A stretch of 64,000 nt of DNA from Candidatus Bathyarchaeia archaeon (GTDB lineage Archaea > Thermoproteota > Bathyarchaeia > 40CM-2-53-6): the NCBI GenBank assembly GCA_049517415.1, contig JBEKSC010000001.1, forward strand, positions 32,001 to 96,000, given 5' to 3'. The stretch's first letter is position 1. Each line of letters opens with the position of its first letter. Made by a program: the position numbers and the translations under genes. Below, piece by piece: positions 28,185 through 38,326 of the stretch. The notes under the pieces are model-generated. The model saw only the letters and a program-made list of their open reading frames with translations. It did not search any database and was not told the DNA's origin.

Positions 28185-28748
28185 TCATCTATCAGCTATT
28201 AGCTCCAAAACTTCCGCTGTGTCTGATGCGAGTTCGACGCCCCTCTGGAAGGCTCTGCAGTTCAGGTCGGCTGCCTTGGCGTACCTGGCCAGAATTGCTG
28301 CTTGCAGGGACTCAATGCTCACGACATGGGTTCTCGCTGCCAGAAAGCCTAGAATAACTATGTTCGCGACGACACGCTTTCCCAGTTCTTCAGCGATGCT
28401 GAGTGCGGGGACTGAAAATAATTTACGCTCTTGCACTGGACAGGTGTCAATCATTCCCTTTTCAACGATTATCGTGGCATCTGGTTGTGTGCTCTTCCAG
28501 TTGTCGTTAAATCCGTCTTGCGACATAGCCACTAGGATGTTCGGGCGTATGACGAGTGGGTAGTCGATGGGTTCGTCTGATATGATGAGGTCTGCTCTGG
28601 ACCATCCGCCGGTTATGTATGGGCTGTAATCCTCAGTCATCACGACTTCTTTTCGTTCGCGAATAGATGCAGCTTCCCCAATGAGGCGGCCAGCGGAGAT
28701 TATGCCTTGACCTCCCAGCCCGTGCAGCCGGACCTCACATCTCGTCAT
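28185..28748 (-). CDS. korC: 2-oxoglutarate-type ferredoxin oxidoreductase gamma subunit
   Basis: GLGGQG, YSPYITGGWSRAD and ANIVILG motifs; overlaps the beta subunit stop. Confidence 0.9.
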   Translation of the reverse strand: MTRCEVRLHGLGGQGIISAGRLIGEAASIRERKEVVMTEDYSPYITGGWSRADLIISDEPIDYPLVIRPNILVAMSQDGFNDNWKSTQPDATIIVEKGMIDTCPVQERKLFSVPALSIAEELGKRVVANIVILGFLAARTHVVSIESLQAAILARYAKAADLNCRAFQRGVELASDTAEVLELIADR

Positions 28749-29617
28749 TTCGACCGGCTCACCGCCTTTTCGATCGCTTCACGTTCAACTTCGTGATACG
28801 TAGGTTTCTTGATATCGACGAAGTTACCTACGACAATTGGGTCGGGGGGCTTCATTGTAAGGGCGATCTTGCTGAGGTCTGCCTTATCGTCCACTCGTGA
28901 GCAGGTCCTGAAGTATTGCATCATGGCTAGGGCATCCTCGAAGTTGTTCAAGTCTCCAAAGGTGGGAGGGCACGGAGAGACAATTTCCACGAATGCTAAA
29001 CCCTGAACTTGAAATGCCCTCAACATAGCTTTCAGTAATTGCCTTACGTGTAGCGCAGTCCATCTGGCCACGAATGGCGCTCCAGCTGCGGCAACCATGT
29101 ACGGTATGTTGAAGGAAGCTTCGAAATTGCCGTAGGGAGTTGTAGCTGTCTTCGCCCCCGTCGGCGTAGTCGCGCCGAACTGCCCGCCTGTCATCCCGTA
29201 ATTGAAATTGTTCACACAGAAGATATTCAGGTCGACGTTTCGTCGAATGGCATGTATTAGGTGATTGCCACCTATGTTAAACAGGTCCCCGTCTCCCGAG
29301 ATGACTGTTACCTCAAGTTCGGGATTCGCAACCTTCATGCCCGTGGCAACCGCAATAGCTCTTCCATGGGTCGTGTGATAGGTGTCCAAGTTCAAGTAGC
29401 CGGGAATCCTAGATGTACAGCCAATTCCTGAAACGACCACATGTCTGTCCTGCGGAATTCCCGAACTTCTAATAGCCTCAACTAGACAGCCAGTTACAAT
29501 TCCCAGGCCGCATCCTGGGCACCAGATGTGTGGTAACCTGTCAGCTCGCAACATTTCGTCTCTAGGGTTGGTGAGTTTCACCGTTTCGAATTCGCTGTTG
29601 GCCTCAAGTTGAGCCAT
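28745..29617 (-). CDS. korB: 2-oxoglutarate-type ferredoxin oxidoreductase beta subunit
   Basis: PHIWCPGCG, HTTHGRA and GDGD..GGNH..NNFNYGMTGGQ motifs. Confidence 0.92.
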   Translation of the reverse strand: MAQLEANSEFETVKLTNPRDEMLRADRLPHIWCPGCGLGIVTGCLVEAIRSSGIPQDRHVVVSGIGCTSRIPGYLNLDTYHTTHGRAIAVATGMKVANPELEVTVISGDGDLFNIGGNHLIHAIRRNVDLNIFCVNNFNYGMTGGQFGATTPTGAKTATTPYGNFEASFNIPYMVAAAGAPFVARWTALHVRQLLKAMLRAFQVQGLAFVEIVSPCPPTFGDLNNFEDALAMMQYFRTCSRVDDKADLSKIALTMKPPDPIVVGNFVDIKKPTYHEVEREAIEKAVSRSK

Positions 29618-29621
29618 TCCT

Positions 29622-30761
29622 CTATACCTCCAAAGCCGCGTAGATTTTCTCGGGAGGAATTAAAGCCCCAACAGGATAGTGGACGCCTACCACGGGACAT
29701 TCCGCGAATTCTCTAACCAGATGTTCCATCTGGCCGTAGTTGACCTCGGGGACAATCATTCTCTTAGATTTCGCGCTGAGTTTTTCAATTTCCCTATGTG
29801 GAAAAGGCCATGGCGTAATCAACCTAAGAAGTCCAACCTTCTTGCCCCGCTGTCTAGCCTCATTGACGGCGCGGAGCGCCGACCTAGACGTTGAACCATA
29901 GGCTACAATGACTACTTCCGCATCATCGGTCAGGTAATGTTCGACTTCTACTATGTCGTCTAGGTGATTCAGGATTTTCCCGATTAAATGATTCAGCATT
30001 CTTTCAGAAACAGCGTTGTCCAAGGATGGATATCCGCGTTCATCATGTGTGAGACTATCAACATTGACGTGAAAGCCCTCACCAGCCACAGCCATGGGTG
30101 GGTAATCTTGGGCGAAATCGAAGGGTATGAAATTCGGCTCAGACTTGGATAGTTTCTTCCGATTGACCACCTCTATGTCTTCTGGGGGAGGTATCACAAG
30201 CTTGCTTGTCATGTGGCCTACCACTTGGTCGGCCATCAGGAAAGTCGGGGTCCTATATTTTTCGGCCATGTTGAAGGTTTTGATCGTAAGGTCAAACATC
30301 TCTTGGACGCTGTTTGGTGAATAAGCAATAATCTCGTAGTCTCCGTGAGATCCCCATCGAGCTTGCATCATGTCTCCTTGTCCAATGAGAGTTGGAATTC
30401 CCGTGCTTGGGCCCGCTCTTTGAACATTAACGATGACGCATGGGGTTTCGGTGATTACGCCTAATCCTATGTTCTCCATCATCAGGGAGAATCCCGGCCC
30501 TGATGTTGCCGTCATGCTCTTGACGCCTGCATTCGACGCCCCGATGACTGCAGCTATGCTGCCGATTTCGTCTTCCATCTGAAGGTAGTGCCCTCCGACC
30601 TGCGGCAAACGTTTGCTCATGTATTCTGCTATCTCTGAAGACGGAGTGATCGGATACCCTCCGAAGAATCGACAGCCCGCGGCGATAGCCCCCTCTGCGC
30701 AGGCCAGGTTTCCGGACATGAAGAATTCGCGACTTTGCCCTCGCATAGTCACAGGTCTCAC
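29622..30761 (-). CDS. korA: 2-oxoglutarate-type ferredoxin oxidoreductase alpha subunit (start uncertain, 30746-30845)
   Basis: GYPITPS, QMEDE, TSGPGFSLM and QARWGSHGD motifs. Confidence 0.92.
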   Translation of the reverse strand: MRPVTMRGQSREFFMSGNLACAEGAIAAGCRFFGGYPITPSSEIAEYMSKRLPQVGGHYLQMEDEIGSIAAVIGASNAGVKSMTATSGPGFSLMMENIGLGVITETPCVIVNVQRAGPSTGIPTLIGQGDMMQARWGSHGDYEIIAYSPNSVQEMFDLTIKTFNMAEKYRTPTFLMADQVVGHMTSKLVIPPPEDIEVVNRKKLSKSEPNFIPFDFAQDYPPMAVAGEGFHVNVDSLTHDERGYPSLDNAVSERMLNHLIGKILNHLDDIVEVEHYLTDDAEVVIVAYGSTSRSALRAVNEARQRGKKVGLLRLITPWPFPHREIEKLSAKSKRMIVPEVNYGQMEHLVREFAECPVVGVHYPVGALIPPEKIYAALEV

Positions 30762-30899
30762 CTTGCCTCCAGATGACAAATGGTGTTTTACAGACGAACC
30801 GGATTTCTGTAAATACGTACCTTCGTTTGTGCGTTTAATATGCATAGTATTTACTCAAAGAACTATCTCTATATTTAGAATAAAACGGAGAACGTCGAA

Positions 30900-31304
30900 G
30901 TGAGGCTTCCCCCATTGAGCAACATCGCTCAGCAGGTAGACCGCACACTTGAGCGGGTTACAGCGGGGACTGTTACGACGGGATTTGTGAGGGAATGGAG
31001 CCCTCCTAGACCATCTAGGATACCTCTCTCACCCCAACAGAAGTTGAAGCTCCGAGACGTCGACGTTATCCTAATCGACGACAGATGCAAGGGATGCACT
31101 TACTGCATAGAGTTTTGCCCACGAAAGGTGTTCGAGCAAGGCAAGAAGCTCAACCAGATTGGAATCCATCCGCCCCGGATCAAGGACAGCTCATTGTGTG
31201 TCGGATGTGGCGTCTGCGAAGAGATCTGCCCTGATTTCGCCATTTTCTTAGTGGATAAGGGAAGCTCACTGAAAAATAGGAAGATTATATCAGAGGAAAA
31301 ATGA
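30900..31304 (+). CDS. korD: 2x[4Fe-4S] ferredoxin, KorD-like delta subunit (true start may be downstream)
   Basis: CKGCTYCIEFCP and CVGCGVCEEICPDFAI. Confidence 0.85.
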   Translation: MRLPPLSNIAQQVDRTLERVTAGTVTTGFVREWSPPRPSRIPLSPQQKLKLRDVDVILIDDRCKGCTYCIEFCPRKVFEQGKKLNQIGIHPPRIKDSSLCVGCGVCEEICPDFAIFLVDKGSSLKNRKIISEEK

Positions 31305-32003
31305 ATGGACGCTGAAAAACCGAACTCGAATTTAGCAGTCTACGTCTTTGGTAAGCAGTACCGCGTTCCAGAAAACCTGACTATCCTAACCGCCATGGAA
31401 TCTCTGGGTTACCGGTTACTAAGGGGGTGCGGTTGTCGCAGTGGCTTCTGCGGCGCTTGCGCAACCGTGTATAGAATTCAAGGAGATTACAGGCTGCGAA
31501 CAGGACTCGCATGCCAAACGCCCGTCAAAGACGGAATGGTCTTTTCGATGCTTCCATTCCATCCCGCAACTAAAGCCAAATACAATTTGAAGGAACTACC
31601 GGCAGACCTGTCCTCAATTGTCCGTTTCTATCCTGAGGTGATGAGATGCTTACAGTGCAACACTTGTAGCCGCGCCTGCCCACAGGAACTGCCTGTCATA
31701 GATGTTATCGGGGCCGCGATGCGCGGCGACATCAGCACTGCGGCCGACCTTTCATTCGACTGCATAATGTGCGGCCTCTGCGCCACAAGATGCCCGGCGG
31801 AAATAGTTCAGTACTACGTTGCCATTCTCGCAAGAAGACTGTACGCAGCGCACTTAGCTCCCAAGTCGAAGCACCTTCAAGAACGGCTTCAGCAGATCAG
31901 GAGCGGATTTTTCGACGAGGACCTCGAGCACCTCACCCACCTAAGCACAGCAGAGTTAGCGAAGATGTACAACGCTAGGGAAATCGAAAAGGAGGCAGCA
32001 TAG
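31305..32003 (+). CDS. Fumarate reductase/succinate dehydrogenase-like Fe-S subunit ([2Fe-2S] plus 2x[4Fe-4S])
   Basis: GCRSGFCGAC..LACQ, CLQCNTCSRACP and CIMCGLCATRCP. Confidence 0.85.
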   Translation: MDAEKPNSNLAVYVFGKQYRVPENLTILTAMESLGYRLLRGCGCRSGFCGACATVYRIQGDYRLRTGLACQTPVKDGMVFSMLPFHPATKAKYNLKELPADLSSIVRFYPEVMRCLQCNTCSRACPQELPVIDVIGAAMRGDISTAADLSFDCIMCGLCATRCPAEIVQYYVAILARRLYAAHLAPKSKHLQERLQQIRSGFFDEDLEHLTHLSTAELAKMYNAREIEKEAA

Positions 32004-33680
32004 GTGTCAGTGCAATCTCAGCAATGGCGAACGGTAATCACTTACAGCGAAGAGATGCGACGTTCGATAGACAAAGTTGCCGCCACCCGTAAAGAACGAA
32101 TGAAACAAACATTTCCAAAACTCAAGCCTGAGGAGAAGAAAGCGCTACTCGAAAAGTTCCACCCCGACTACAAGCCTGGCACGACACGGAAACTTCTCGT
32201 CGGAGCGAACAAAGGCGAACCGATCGTCAACGAACTGGGTGAGGTTGTTGAAGCTTACAGCCGCGTGAATCCCGCGAAGATGGACATCTCGAAGGTAGGC
32301 ATTCAAACTGACGTACTAGTCATAGGCGGTGGTGGCGCAGGAGCCGCTTCAGCCTTAGCCGTCCACCAGGAGGGCGCCCAGGTGCTATTGTGCACCAAGC
32401 TAAGGTTCGGCGATTCTAATACGATGATGGCGCAGGGCGGAATTCAAGCGGCTGACAAGGCGAACGATTCACCGGGCACGCACTACCTTGACGTAATGGG
32501 AGGCGGAGGCTACACCAACATACCCAGCCTCGTTCGAACGCTTGTCTCAGACGCCCCCTCGATCATCGAATGGCTTGAAGGCCTAGGCACGATGTTCGAC
32601 AAAGAAGCTGACGGTACTTTCGTCACAATGCACGGAGGCGGAACAAGCAGAAGGCGCATGCACGCGGCCCGAGACTACACGGGCGCAGAAATAATGCGCA
32701 CCCTGCGAGATGAAGTAACCAACCTCGGCATTCAAGTCATCGAATTCTCCCCCGCAATAGAATTGTTAACCGATGAAGAGGGAAACTGCGTCGGCGCCAT
32801 TCTTCTCAACATGGAGACCGATGAGTACACGGTCGTTCGTTCAAAGACGACGATCATAGCAACCGGCGGGTCAGGAAGGCTACACGTCCAAGGCTTCCCA
32901 ACAACTAACCACTACGGCGCGACAGGGGATGGACTTGCACTTGCCTACAGGGCCGGTTGCAAGCTAGCATTCGTAGACACAATCCAATACCACCCCACCG
33001 GCGTAGCATTCCCAGAACTAATCTCCGGGCAGCTCATAACAGAGAAAATGCGGAGCCTAGGCTCCCAACTTGTCAACATAGATGGAGGCCGGTTCGTCAA
33101 CGAACTTGAAACAAGGGATGCTGTTTCTTCAGCCATCATAAGGGAATGTAAGGAAAAGAACAAAGGCGTTCTAACCCCGGGCGGCCTCGTAGGTGTGTGG
33201 CTCGACACGCCGCTCATTGACGAATTGAAAGGGCCCGGCCGAACACAACGCCTCGCCCCTGCTATGGTCCGCCAATTCAAAAGGTTCGGGATCGACATAC
33301 TGAAGGACCCAGTCCTCGTCTACCCAACCCAGCACTACCAGAACGGGGGCGTCCTCATTGACGTAGACGGCCGCACGAACGTCCCGAACTTGTACGTTGC
33401 CGGTGAGGCCTCTGGCGGCGTACATGGAAGAAACCGTTTGATGGGAAACTCGCTGCTTGACATATTGGTCTTCGGCCGACGCGCCGGTATAGACGCCGCC
33501 AAGAAATCAAAAACTTCAGCGGGCGGAAAACCAACTCTCAACCATGTTATTCGTTTTCACAAGGAACTAGTAAAGGCGGGCTACAAGCCGGACCGACACA
33601 GTCCCATCATTCTACCCGACTACCGTAGCAAGGAAGCGAAAATTGAGCTAGAGGCTTTCGCGGTAAAAGGCTGGGAATAA
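32004..33680 (+). CDS. Fumarate reductase/succinate dehydrogenase-family flavoprotein (TfrA-like)
   Basis: GGGGAG FAD motif, AQGG, QYHPTG, ITEKMR, ETRD, HYQNGG and HGRNRLMGNSL. Confidence 0.88.
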   Translation: MSVQSQQWRTVITYSEEMRRSIDKVAATRKERMKQTFPKLKPEEKKALLEKFHPDYKPGTTRKLLVGANKGEPIVNELGEVVEAYSRVNPAKMDISKVGIQTDVLVIGGGGAGAASALAVHQEGAQVLLCTKLRFGDSNTMMAQGGIQAADKANDSPGTHYLDVMGGGGYTNIPSLVRTLVSDAPSIIEWLEGLGTMFDKEADGTFVTMHGGGTSRRRMHAARDYTGAEIMRTLRDEVTNLGIQVIEFSPAIELLTDEEGNCVGAILLNMETDEYTVVRSKTTIIATGGSGRLHVQGFPTTNHYGATGDGLALAYRAGCKLAFVDTIQYHPTGVAFPELISGQLITEKMRSLGSQLVNIDGGRFVNELETRDAVSSAIIRECKEKNKGVLTPGGLVGVWLDTPLIDELKGPGRTQRLAPAMVRQFKRFGIDILKDPVLVYPTQHYQNGGVLIDVDGRTNVPNLYVAGEASGGVHGRNRLMGNSLLDILVFGRRAGIDAAKKSKTSAGGKPTLNHVIRFHKELVKAGYKPDRHSPIILPDYRSKEAKIELEAFAVKGWE

Positions 33681-33681
33681 A

Positions 33682-34077
33682 GTGACGAGCATCCTATCGG
33701 CCGAGTCAATCGGAGGCCCACTGCTCCGCAAGGTGGAGACGATAAGCGGCCAAAACATTTCACTCTGTTACCAGTGCGGAAAATGCTCAGCCACATGCCC
33801 GTTATCCTCACGTATGGATTTGCTTCCCCACCAGATCGTTCGGTACCTGCAGCTTGGCTTTCAGCAAGTTCTTGACGCCAACTCACCCTGGCTCTGCGCG
33901 ACCTGTTTCTCCTGTGAAACTCAGTGCCCCCGAGGCCTAGACGTGAGCAAGATCTGCGAAGCACTCCGCACAATCAAGCTGCGACAAGAACCCTACGAGC
34001 TCAAAATTGAACAGACCTACTCTGAGATACCCCAACAAGGCTTGGTAAGCGCCTACAGGAAACTCAGCTCTTATTGA
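33682..34077 (+). CDS. hdrC: Heterodisulfide reductase subunit C
   Basis: CYQCGKCSATCP and WLCATCFSCETQCPRG. Confidence 0.9.
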   Translation: MTSILSAESIGGPLLRKVETISGQNISLCYQCGKCSATCPLSSRMDLLPHQIVRYLQLGFQQVLDANSPWLCATCFSCETQCPRGLDVSKICEALRTIKLRQEPYELKIEQTYSEIPQQGLVSAYRKLSSY

Positions 34078-34087
34078 GGTAAAAACG

Positions 34088-34975
34088 ATGCAGTCTTACC
34101 TCTACTTCCCAGGATGTTCACTCCGGACTGTGGCAAGGGATTTCGACCGTTCCGCTAAAGCCTGTGCACACGCCCTCGGCTTCGAATTGAAGGAAATGCA
34201 GGGCCAGCTTTGTTGCGGCGCGGTTTTGTCGAACGTGGATGACAACCTCATGACAAAGGCCGGACCGAACCGGATTCTTGCACGAGCGACACAGGAAGAC
34301 AACACCCTCGTGACGCTATGCGCAGGTTGCTACAATGTTCTCAAGAGAACAGACCTACATGCCAAGCTTGCCTCCTCTTCTCAACAAACGATTAACAAAT
34401 TCAACGAAGAAACTTTCAACGGCGGAGTGGACGTCATACATTTTCTGGAAATTCTAAGGGACCGTATTGGTTTCGACGCTGTTGAGAGAGCAGTTAAGGT
34501 TCCTTTCAAAGGACTACAAGTAGGAGCCTACTACGGCTGTCTGCTCCTCCGTCCATCTGGAGAGATGAAGTTTGATGACCCTAACAGGCCTTCAATTCTG
34601 GAGAACCTCCTAACCAGATTGGGTTGCACGCCGATCGACTACCCTGCCAGAACTGATTGTTGCGGTTCGTACCTGAGCGTCAGCTCGCCGGGAAATGTTC
34701 AACCCATCTCGGGGGCCATCATCGGATCCGCCCGTTCGTGCGGAGCTAGGCTGCTAACTGTCAGCTGCCCACTCTGTAAGTACAACCTAGAATCCAGCCA
34801 ACTTCAAGACAGCAGTGGTTCTACTCCCGACGACTTTCTTCCAATCGTCTACTTCACACAACTTCTGGGACTGGCCTTGGGCCTTCAGCCTGAGGAACTG
34901 GAACTTGACCAACGCCAGATGCAGGCAATACGCGAGGCACCAACACCGATGTTGATAGGAGAAGGTAAGAAGTGA
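34088..34975 (+). CDS. hdrB: Heterodisulfide reductase subunit B
   Basis: Two CCG domains: YFPGCS..CCG..CAGC and YYGCLL..CCGS..CPLC. Confidence 0.9.
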   Translation: MQSYLYFPGCSLRTVARDFDRSAKACAHALGFELKEMQGQLCCGAVLSNVDDNLMTKAGPNRILARATQEDNTLVTLCAGCYNVLKRTDLHAKLASSSQQTINKFNEETFNGGVDVIHFLEILRDRIGFDAVERAVKVPFKGLQVGAYYGCLLLRPSGEMKFDDPNRPSILENLLTRLGCTPIDYPARTDCCGSYLSVSSPGNVQPISGAIIGSARSCGARLLTVSCPLCKYNLESSQLQDSSGSTPDDFLPIVYFTQLLGLALGLQPEELELDQRQMQAIREAPTPMLIGEGKK

Positions 34976-36927
34976 AACGAGTTGGTGTGTTCGTTTGCCA
35001 CTGCGGCTTGAACATCGCAGGGAATGTCAACATTAAGGAAGTTGTTGACAAAGCCGGCAAGCAGCAAGACGTAGTGTTCGCTATTGACCACAAGTACCTC
35101 TGCTCTGAACCCGGCCAGACATTGATCAAGGACAGCATAAGGCAACACAATCTGGACGCCATTGTCGTCGCCGCCTGTTCGCCAGCGATGCATGAGGCCA
35201 CCTTCAAGACCATAGCGCAGCTGTCAGGCCTGAACCGATACAACTGCGAAATCGCGAACATTCGAGAACAGAGCAGCTGGGTTACCGACGATCTTGGAAA
35301 GGCCACGGCGAAAGCCCACATCACGGTGCACCAGGGCATACAGAAGGTTAGGCTCAACGAACCACTGCAACCTATCACCGTTCCAGTAACTCGGAAAGTT
35401 CTCGTCATCGGAGGAGGGATTGCAGGCATTCGTGCAGCGCTTGACGTGGCGAATGGCGGTTACCAAGTCTACTTGGTCGAAAAGTCAGGAACGATAGGGG
35501 GAAGAATGGCACAACTCTCCGAAACTTTCCCCACACTTGACTGTTCAACATGTATCCTCGGGCCTTTGATGGTGGAGGTGTTCAGGCACCCGAACATCAA
35601 ACTCCTTAGGCTTTCTAAAGTCGAGGAAGTGAAAGGCTACATTGGCAACTTCAAGGTCAGAGTGCGACAGGAACCAGCGTACGTTGATGAAGCCAAGTGT
35701 AACGCCTGCGGTGAATGCGCGAAAGCCTGCCCCGCTCAAGTTCCTAACGAATTCGACTTCGGTTTGACCTGGAGAAAGGCAATTTATACTCCATTCGCTC
35801 AAGCGGTACCGCCGGCCTACGTTCTCGATGCGAAAAACTGCTTAGGCCTGTTGCCCCAAGCCTGTGGCGAATGCAAGAAAGCGTGCGATAAATTCGGCAC
35901 AAGCTGCATGGACCTTGATGCGTGGCCAAGAATCCATGAGCTTGAAGTAGGAGCAATCATCGTTTCCACGGGATACGAGTTATACGATGCCGCAAAACTG
36001 ACCGAGTACGGCTACGGCATTTTCCCCGACGTTATGACCAGCATGGAATTTGAGCGCATGCTCTCAGCGTCAGGACCGACAACAGGCGAAATCAAACGCC
36101 CATCCGATGGACAGACGCCGAAAGAAATTGTCTTCATCCAATGCGCGGGACAACGCGAACCTGAGACGGCGCTTCCCTACTGTTCGAAAATATGTTGCAT
36201 GTATACGGCTCGACATGCGATGATGTTCAGGCATAAAGTGCCCGATGGCCAGGCGTATGTCTTCTACATGGACATCCGAGCTGGCGGGAAGGGATATGAG
36301 GAATTCGTAAAACGTTGCCAAGAGGAGAAAGGCCTCCTTTACCTCCGCGGGCGAGTTGCCAAAGTCTATGAAGAGAATGGAAAGCTCACCGTTAAGGGCG
36401 TTGATACGCTCAGCGGAAAAACCGTCCAAATTAACGCCGATTTAGTAGTACTTGCGGTCGGGATGGTCCCGAGCTCAGAATCCCACGAGTTGGCGAGCAA
36501 GCTCAAGGCTTCGCTGGACGCGAACGGTTTCTTCTCGGAGGCACACCCCAAGCTTCGACCACTGGAAAGCCCGACGGCGGGGATCTTCCTAGCCGGGGCG
36601 GGACAATCACCCAAAGATATTCCGGAAACTGTAGCACAGGCGAGCGGCGCCGCTGGCAAGGCACTGGACCTCCTTTCAAGCCCAACGCTCGAACGCGAAC
36701 CAACAGTTGCCCGTGTTGTCGGCGAATTGTGCAGCGGATGCAGCATCTGCGTACCCCTATGTCCGTATGATGCGCTTAGCCTGAACGCTGAGAAAATTGC
36801 GGAAGTGTCGGAGGCTCTCTGCGAAGGATGTGGGACCTGCATAGCCTCCTGCCCGTCAGGTGCGCTAACGCTCCGAAATCTCACAGACGAACAGATGGTC
36901 GCAATGATTGAGGCCATAGTCGAATAA
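34972..36927 (+). CDS. hdrA: Heterodisulfide reductase subunit A
   Basis: RVGVFVCHCGLNI, GGGIAG, TFPTLDC, YCSKICC, PKDIP and C-terminal ferredoxin motifs. Confidence 0.96.
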   Translation: MKRVGVFVCHCGLNIAGNVNIKEVVDKAGKQQDVVFAIDHKYLCSEPGQTLIKDSIRQHNLDAIVVAACSPAMHEATFKTIAQLSGLNRYNCEIANIREQSSWVTDDLGKATAKAHITVHQGIQKVRLNEPLQPITVPVTRKVLVIGGGIAGIRAALDVANGGYQVYLVEKSGTIGGRMAQLSETFPTLDCSTCILGPLMVEVFRHPNIKLLRLSKVEEVKGYIGNFKVRVRQEPAYVDEAKCNACGECAKACPAQVPNEFDFGLTWRKAIYTPFAQAVPPAYVLDAKNCLGLLPQACGECKKACDKFGTSCMDLDAWPRIHELEVGAIIVSTGYELYDAAKLTEYGYGIFPDVMTSMEFERMLSASGPTTGEIKRPSDGQTPKEIVFIQCAGQREPETALPYCSKICCMYTARHAMMFRHKVPDGQAYVFYMDIRAGGKGYEEFVKRCQEEKGLLYLRGRVAKVYEENGKLTVKGVDTLSGKTVQINADLVVLAVGMVPSSESHELASKLKASLDANGFFSEAHPKLRPLESPTAGIFLAGAGQSPKDIPETVAQASGAAGKALDLLSSPTLEREPTVARVVGELCSGCSICVPLCPYDALSLNAEKIAEVSEALCEGCGTCIASCPSGALTLRNLTDEQMVAMIEAIVE

Positions 36928-36932
36928 TAGAG

Positions 36933-37373
36933 ATGAACGAATTGGAAGAGCGATTTGAACCGAAAATTGTTGGGTTCTTATGTAGATGGTGCTCGTACGC
37001 CGGAGCCGACTTGGCTGGAACGAGCAGAATCAAGTACCCACCAAACATCAACCCAATACGAGTGAACTGTTCAGGTCGCGTCGACCCCACCCTTGTCATA
37101 AAGGCTCTCGCATCAGGAGCAGACGGAGTACTCATCGCTGGCTGCCACCCAGGCGATTGTCACTACACAAACGGGAACATCAAGACTCTTCGAAGGTTCA
37201 AGCTCCTGCAGAGGCTGCTGGACCAGTTCGGAATAGAACGAGAACGTGTCAGGTTAGAGTGGATCTCCGCTTCGGAGGGCGAAAGGTACGCACGGGTCGT
37301 TAGAGGAATGACGGAGGATATACGATCACTGGGGCCTTTGAATTGGAAGAAGAGAGTGGAGGTATTGGCATGA
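36933..37373 (+). CDS. mvhD: F420-non-reducing hydrogenase subunit D
   Basis: FLCRWCSYAGAD, CSGRVD, GCHPGDCHY and WISASEG. Confidence 0.95.
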   Translation: MNELEERFEPKIVGFLCRWCSYAGADLAGTSRIKYPPNINPIRVNCSGRVDPTLVIKALASGADGVLIAGCHPGDCHYTNGNIKTLRRFKLLQRLLDQFGIERERVRLEWISASEGERYARVVRGMTEDIRSLGPLNWKKRVEVLA

Positions 37374-38326
37374 CGAACCCTAAGATAGCATTCAACTGGG
37401 CAAGCAGTTGCGGCGGATGCGAGATAGCCATACTTGAACTTGGAACTAAACTAGTTGATCTAGCCAACAAGGTTGACATAGTCTTCTGGCCCGCCGCCAT
37501 GGATTATAAGTACTCAGACCTTGAGGCGATGCCAGACGGCAGCATAGATGTCGCATTCATGAATGGCGCAATACAAAACTCCGAAAACGAACACATAGCT
37601 AAACTACTGAGAGCCAAATCCAAACTCCTTGTAGCCTTCGGAACTTGCGCCTACTTAGGCGGCATACCAAGCCTTGCGAACACAACCGACCGCGACGGGA
37701 TCTTCGCAAGCTCCTACAAGGAAACGCCTACGACAGATAACCCTGAAAAAACCTTCCCGCAAACCAAGTGGCAAGCAAGGGAAGGAGAACTAACCATACC
37801 CGAACTCTACAACACCGTCAAAACACTCGACCAAGTCGTGGACGTTGATTACTACGTACCCGGATGCCCACCAGTCGGGGAACAAGTTTCTAAAGTGATC
37901 AGCCTATTCGTCGATGGCCCACTACCGCCGAAGGGAGCAGTTCTAGGAGCCTCCGACAAGTCACTATGCCATGAATGCAAGCGCACCAGGACGGAAAAGA
38001 AGATCAGTAAGATTGTTAGAACTTACGAAACGATCCCTGACTCACAGAAATGCCTGCTTGAACAAGGCATAATCTGCATGGGACCAGCCACCCGGGGAGG
38101 TTGTGGGAGCATATGCCTAGACGCAAACGCGCCCTGCCGCGGCTGCTACGGGCCACTGCCCAAAGCCATTGACCAGGGCGGAAAGATGCTTTCGGCCTTA
38201 TCATCAATCTTCGATGCGCAGAGCGAAGAAGACATTCAGAAGCTCGCGGACTCTGTGCCCGACCCGCTCGGCACATTCTACAGGTTTAGCCTCGCTCGCT
38301 CTCTGCTAAGGAGGACCAAACCATGA
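37370..38326 (+). CDS. mvhG: F420-non-reducing [NiFe] hydrogenase small subunit
   Basis: SCGGC, GTCA, PGCPP, CHEC, CLLEQGIICMGP and CRGCYG. Confidence 0.93.
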   Translation: MTNPKIAFNWASSCGGCEIAILELGTKLVDLANKVDIVFWPAAMDYKYSDLEAMPDGSIDVAFMNGAIQNSENEHIAKLLRAKSKLLVAFGTCAYLGGIPSLANTTDRDGIFASSYKETPTTDNPEKTFPQTKWQAREGELTIPELYNTVKTLDQVVDVDYYVPGCPPVGEQVSKVISLFVDGPLPPKGAVLGASDKSLCHECKRTRTEKKISKIVRTYETIPDSQKCLLEQGIICMGPATRGGCGSICLDANAPCRGCYGPLPKAIDQGGKMLSALSSIFDAQSEEDIQKLADSVPDPLGTFYRFSLARSLLRRTKP

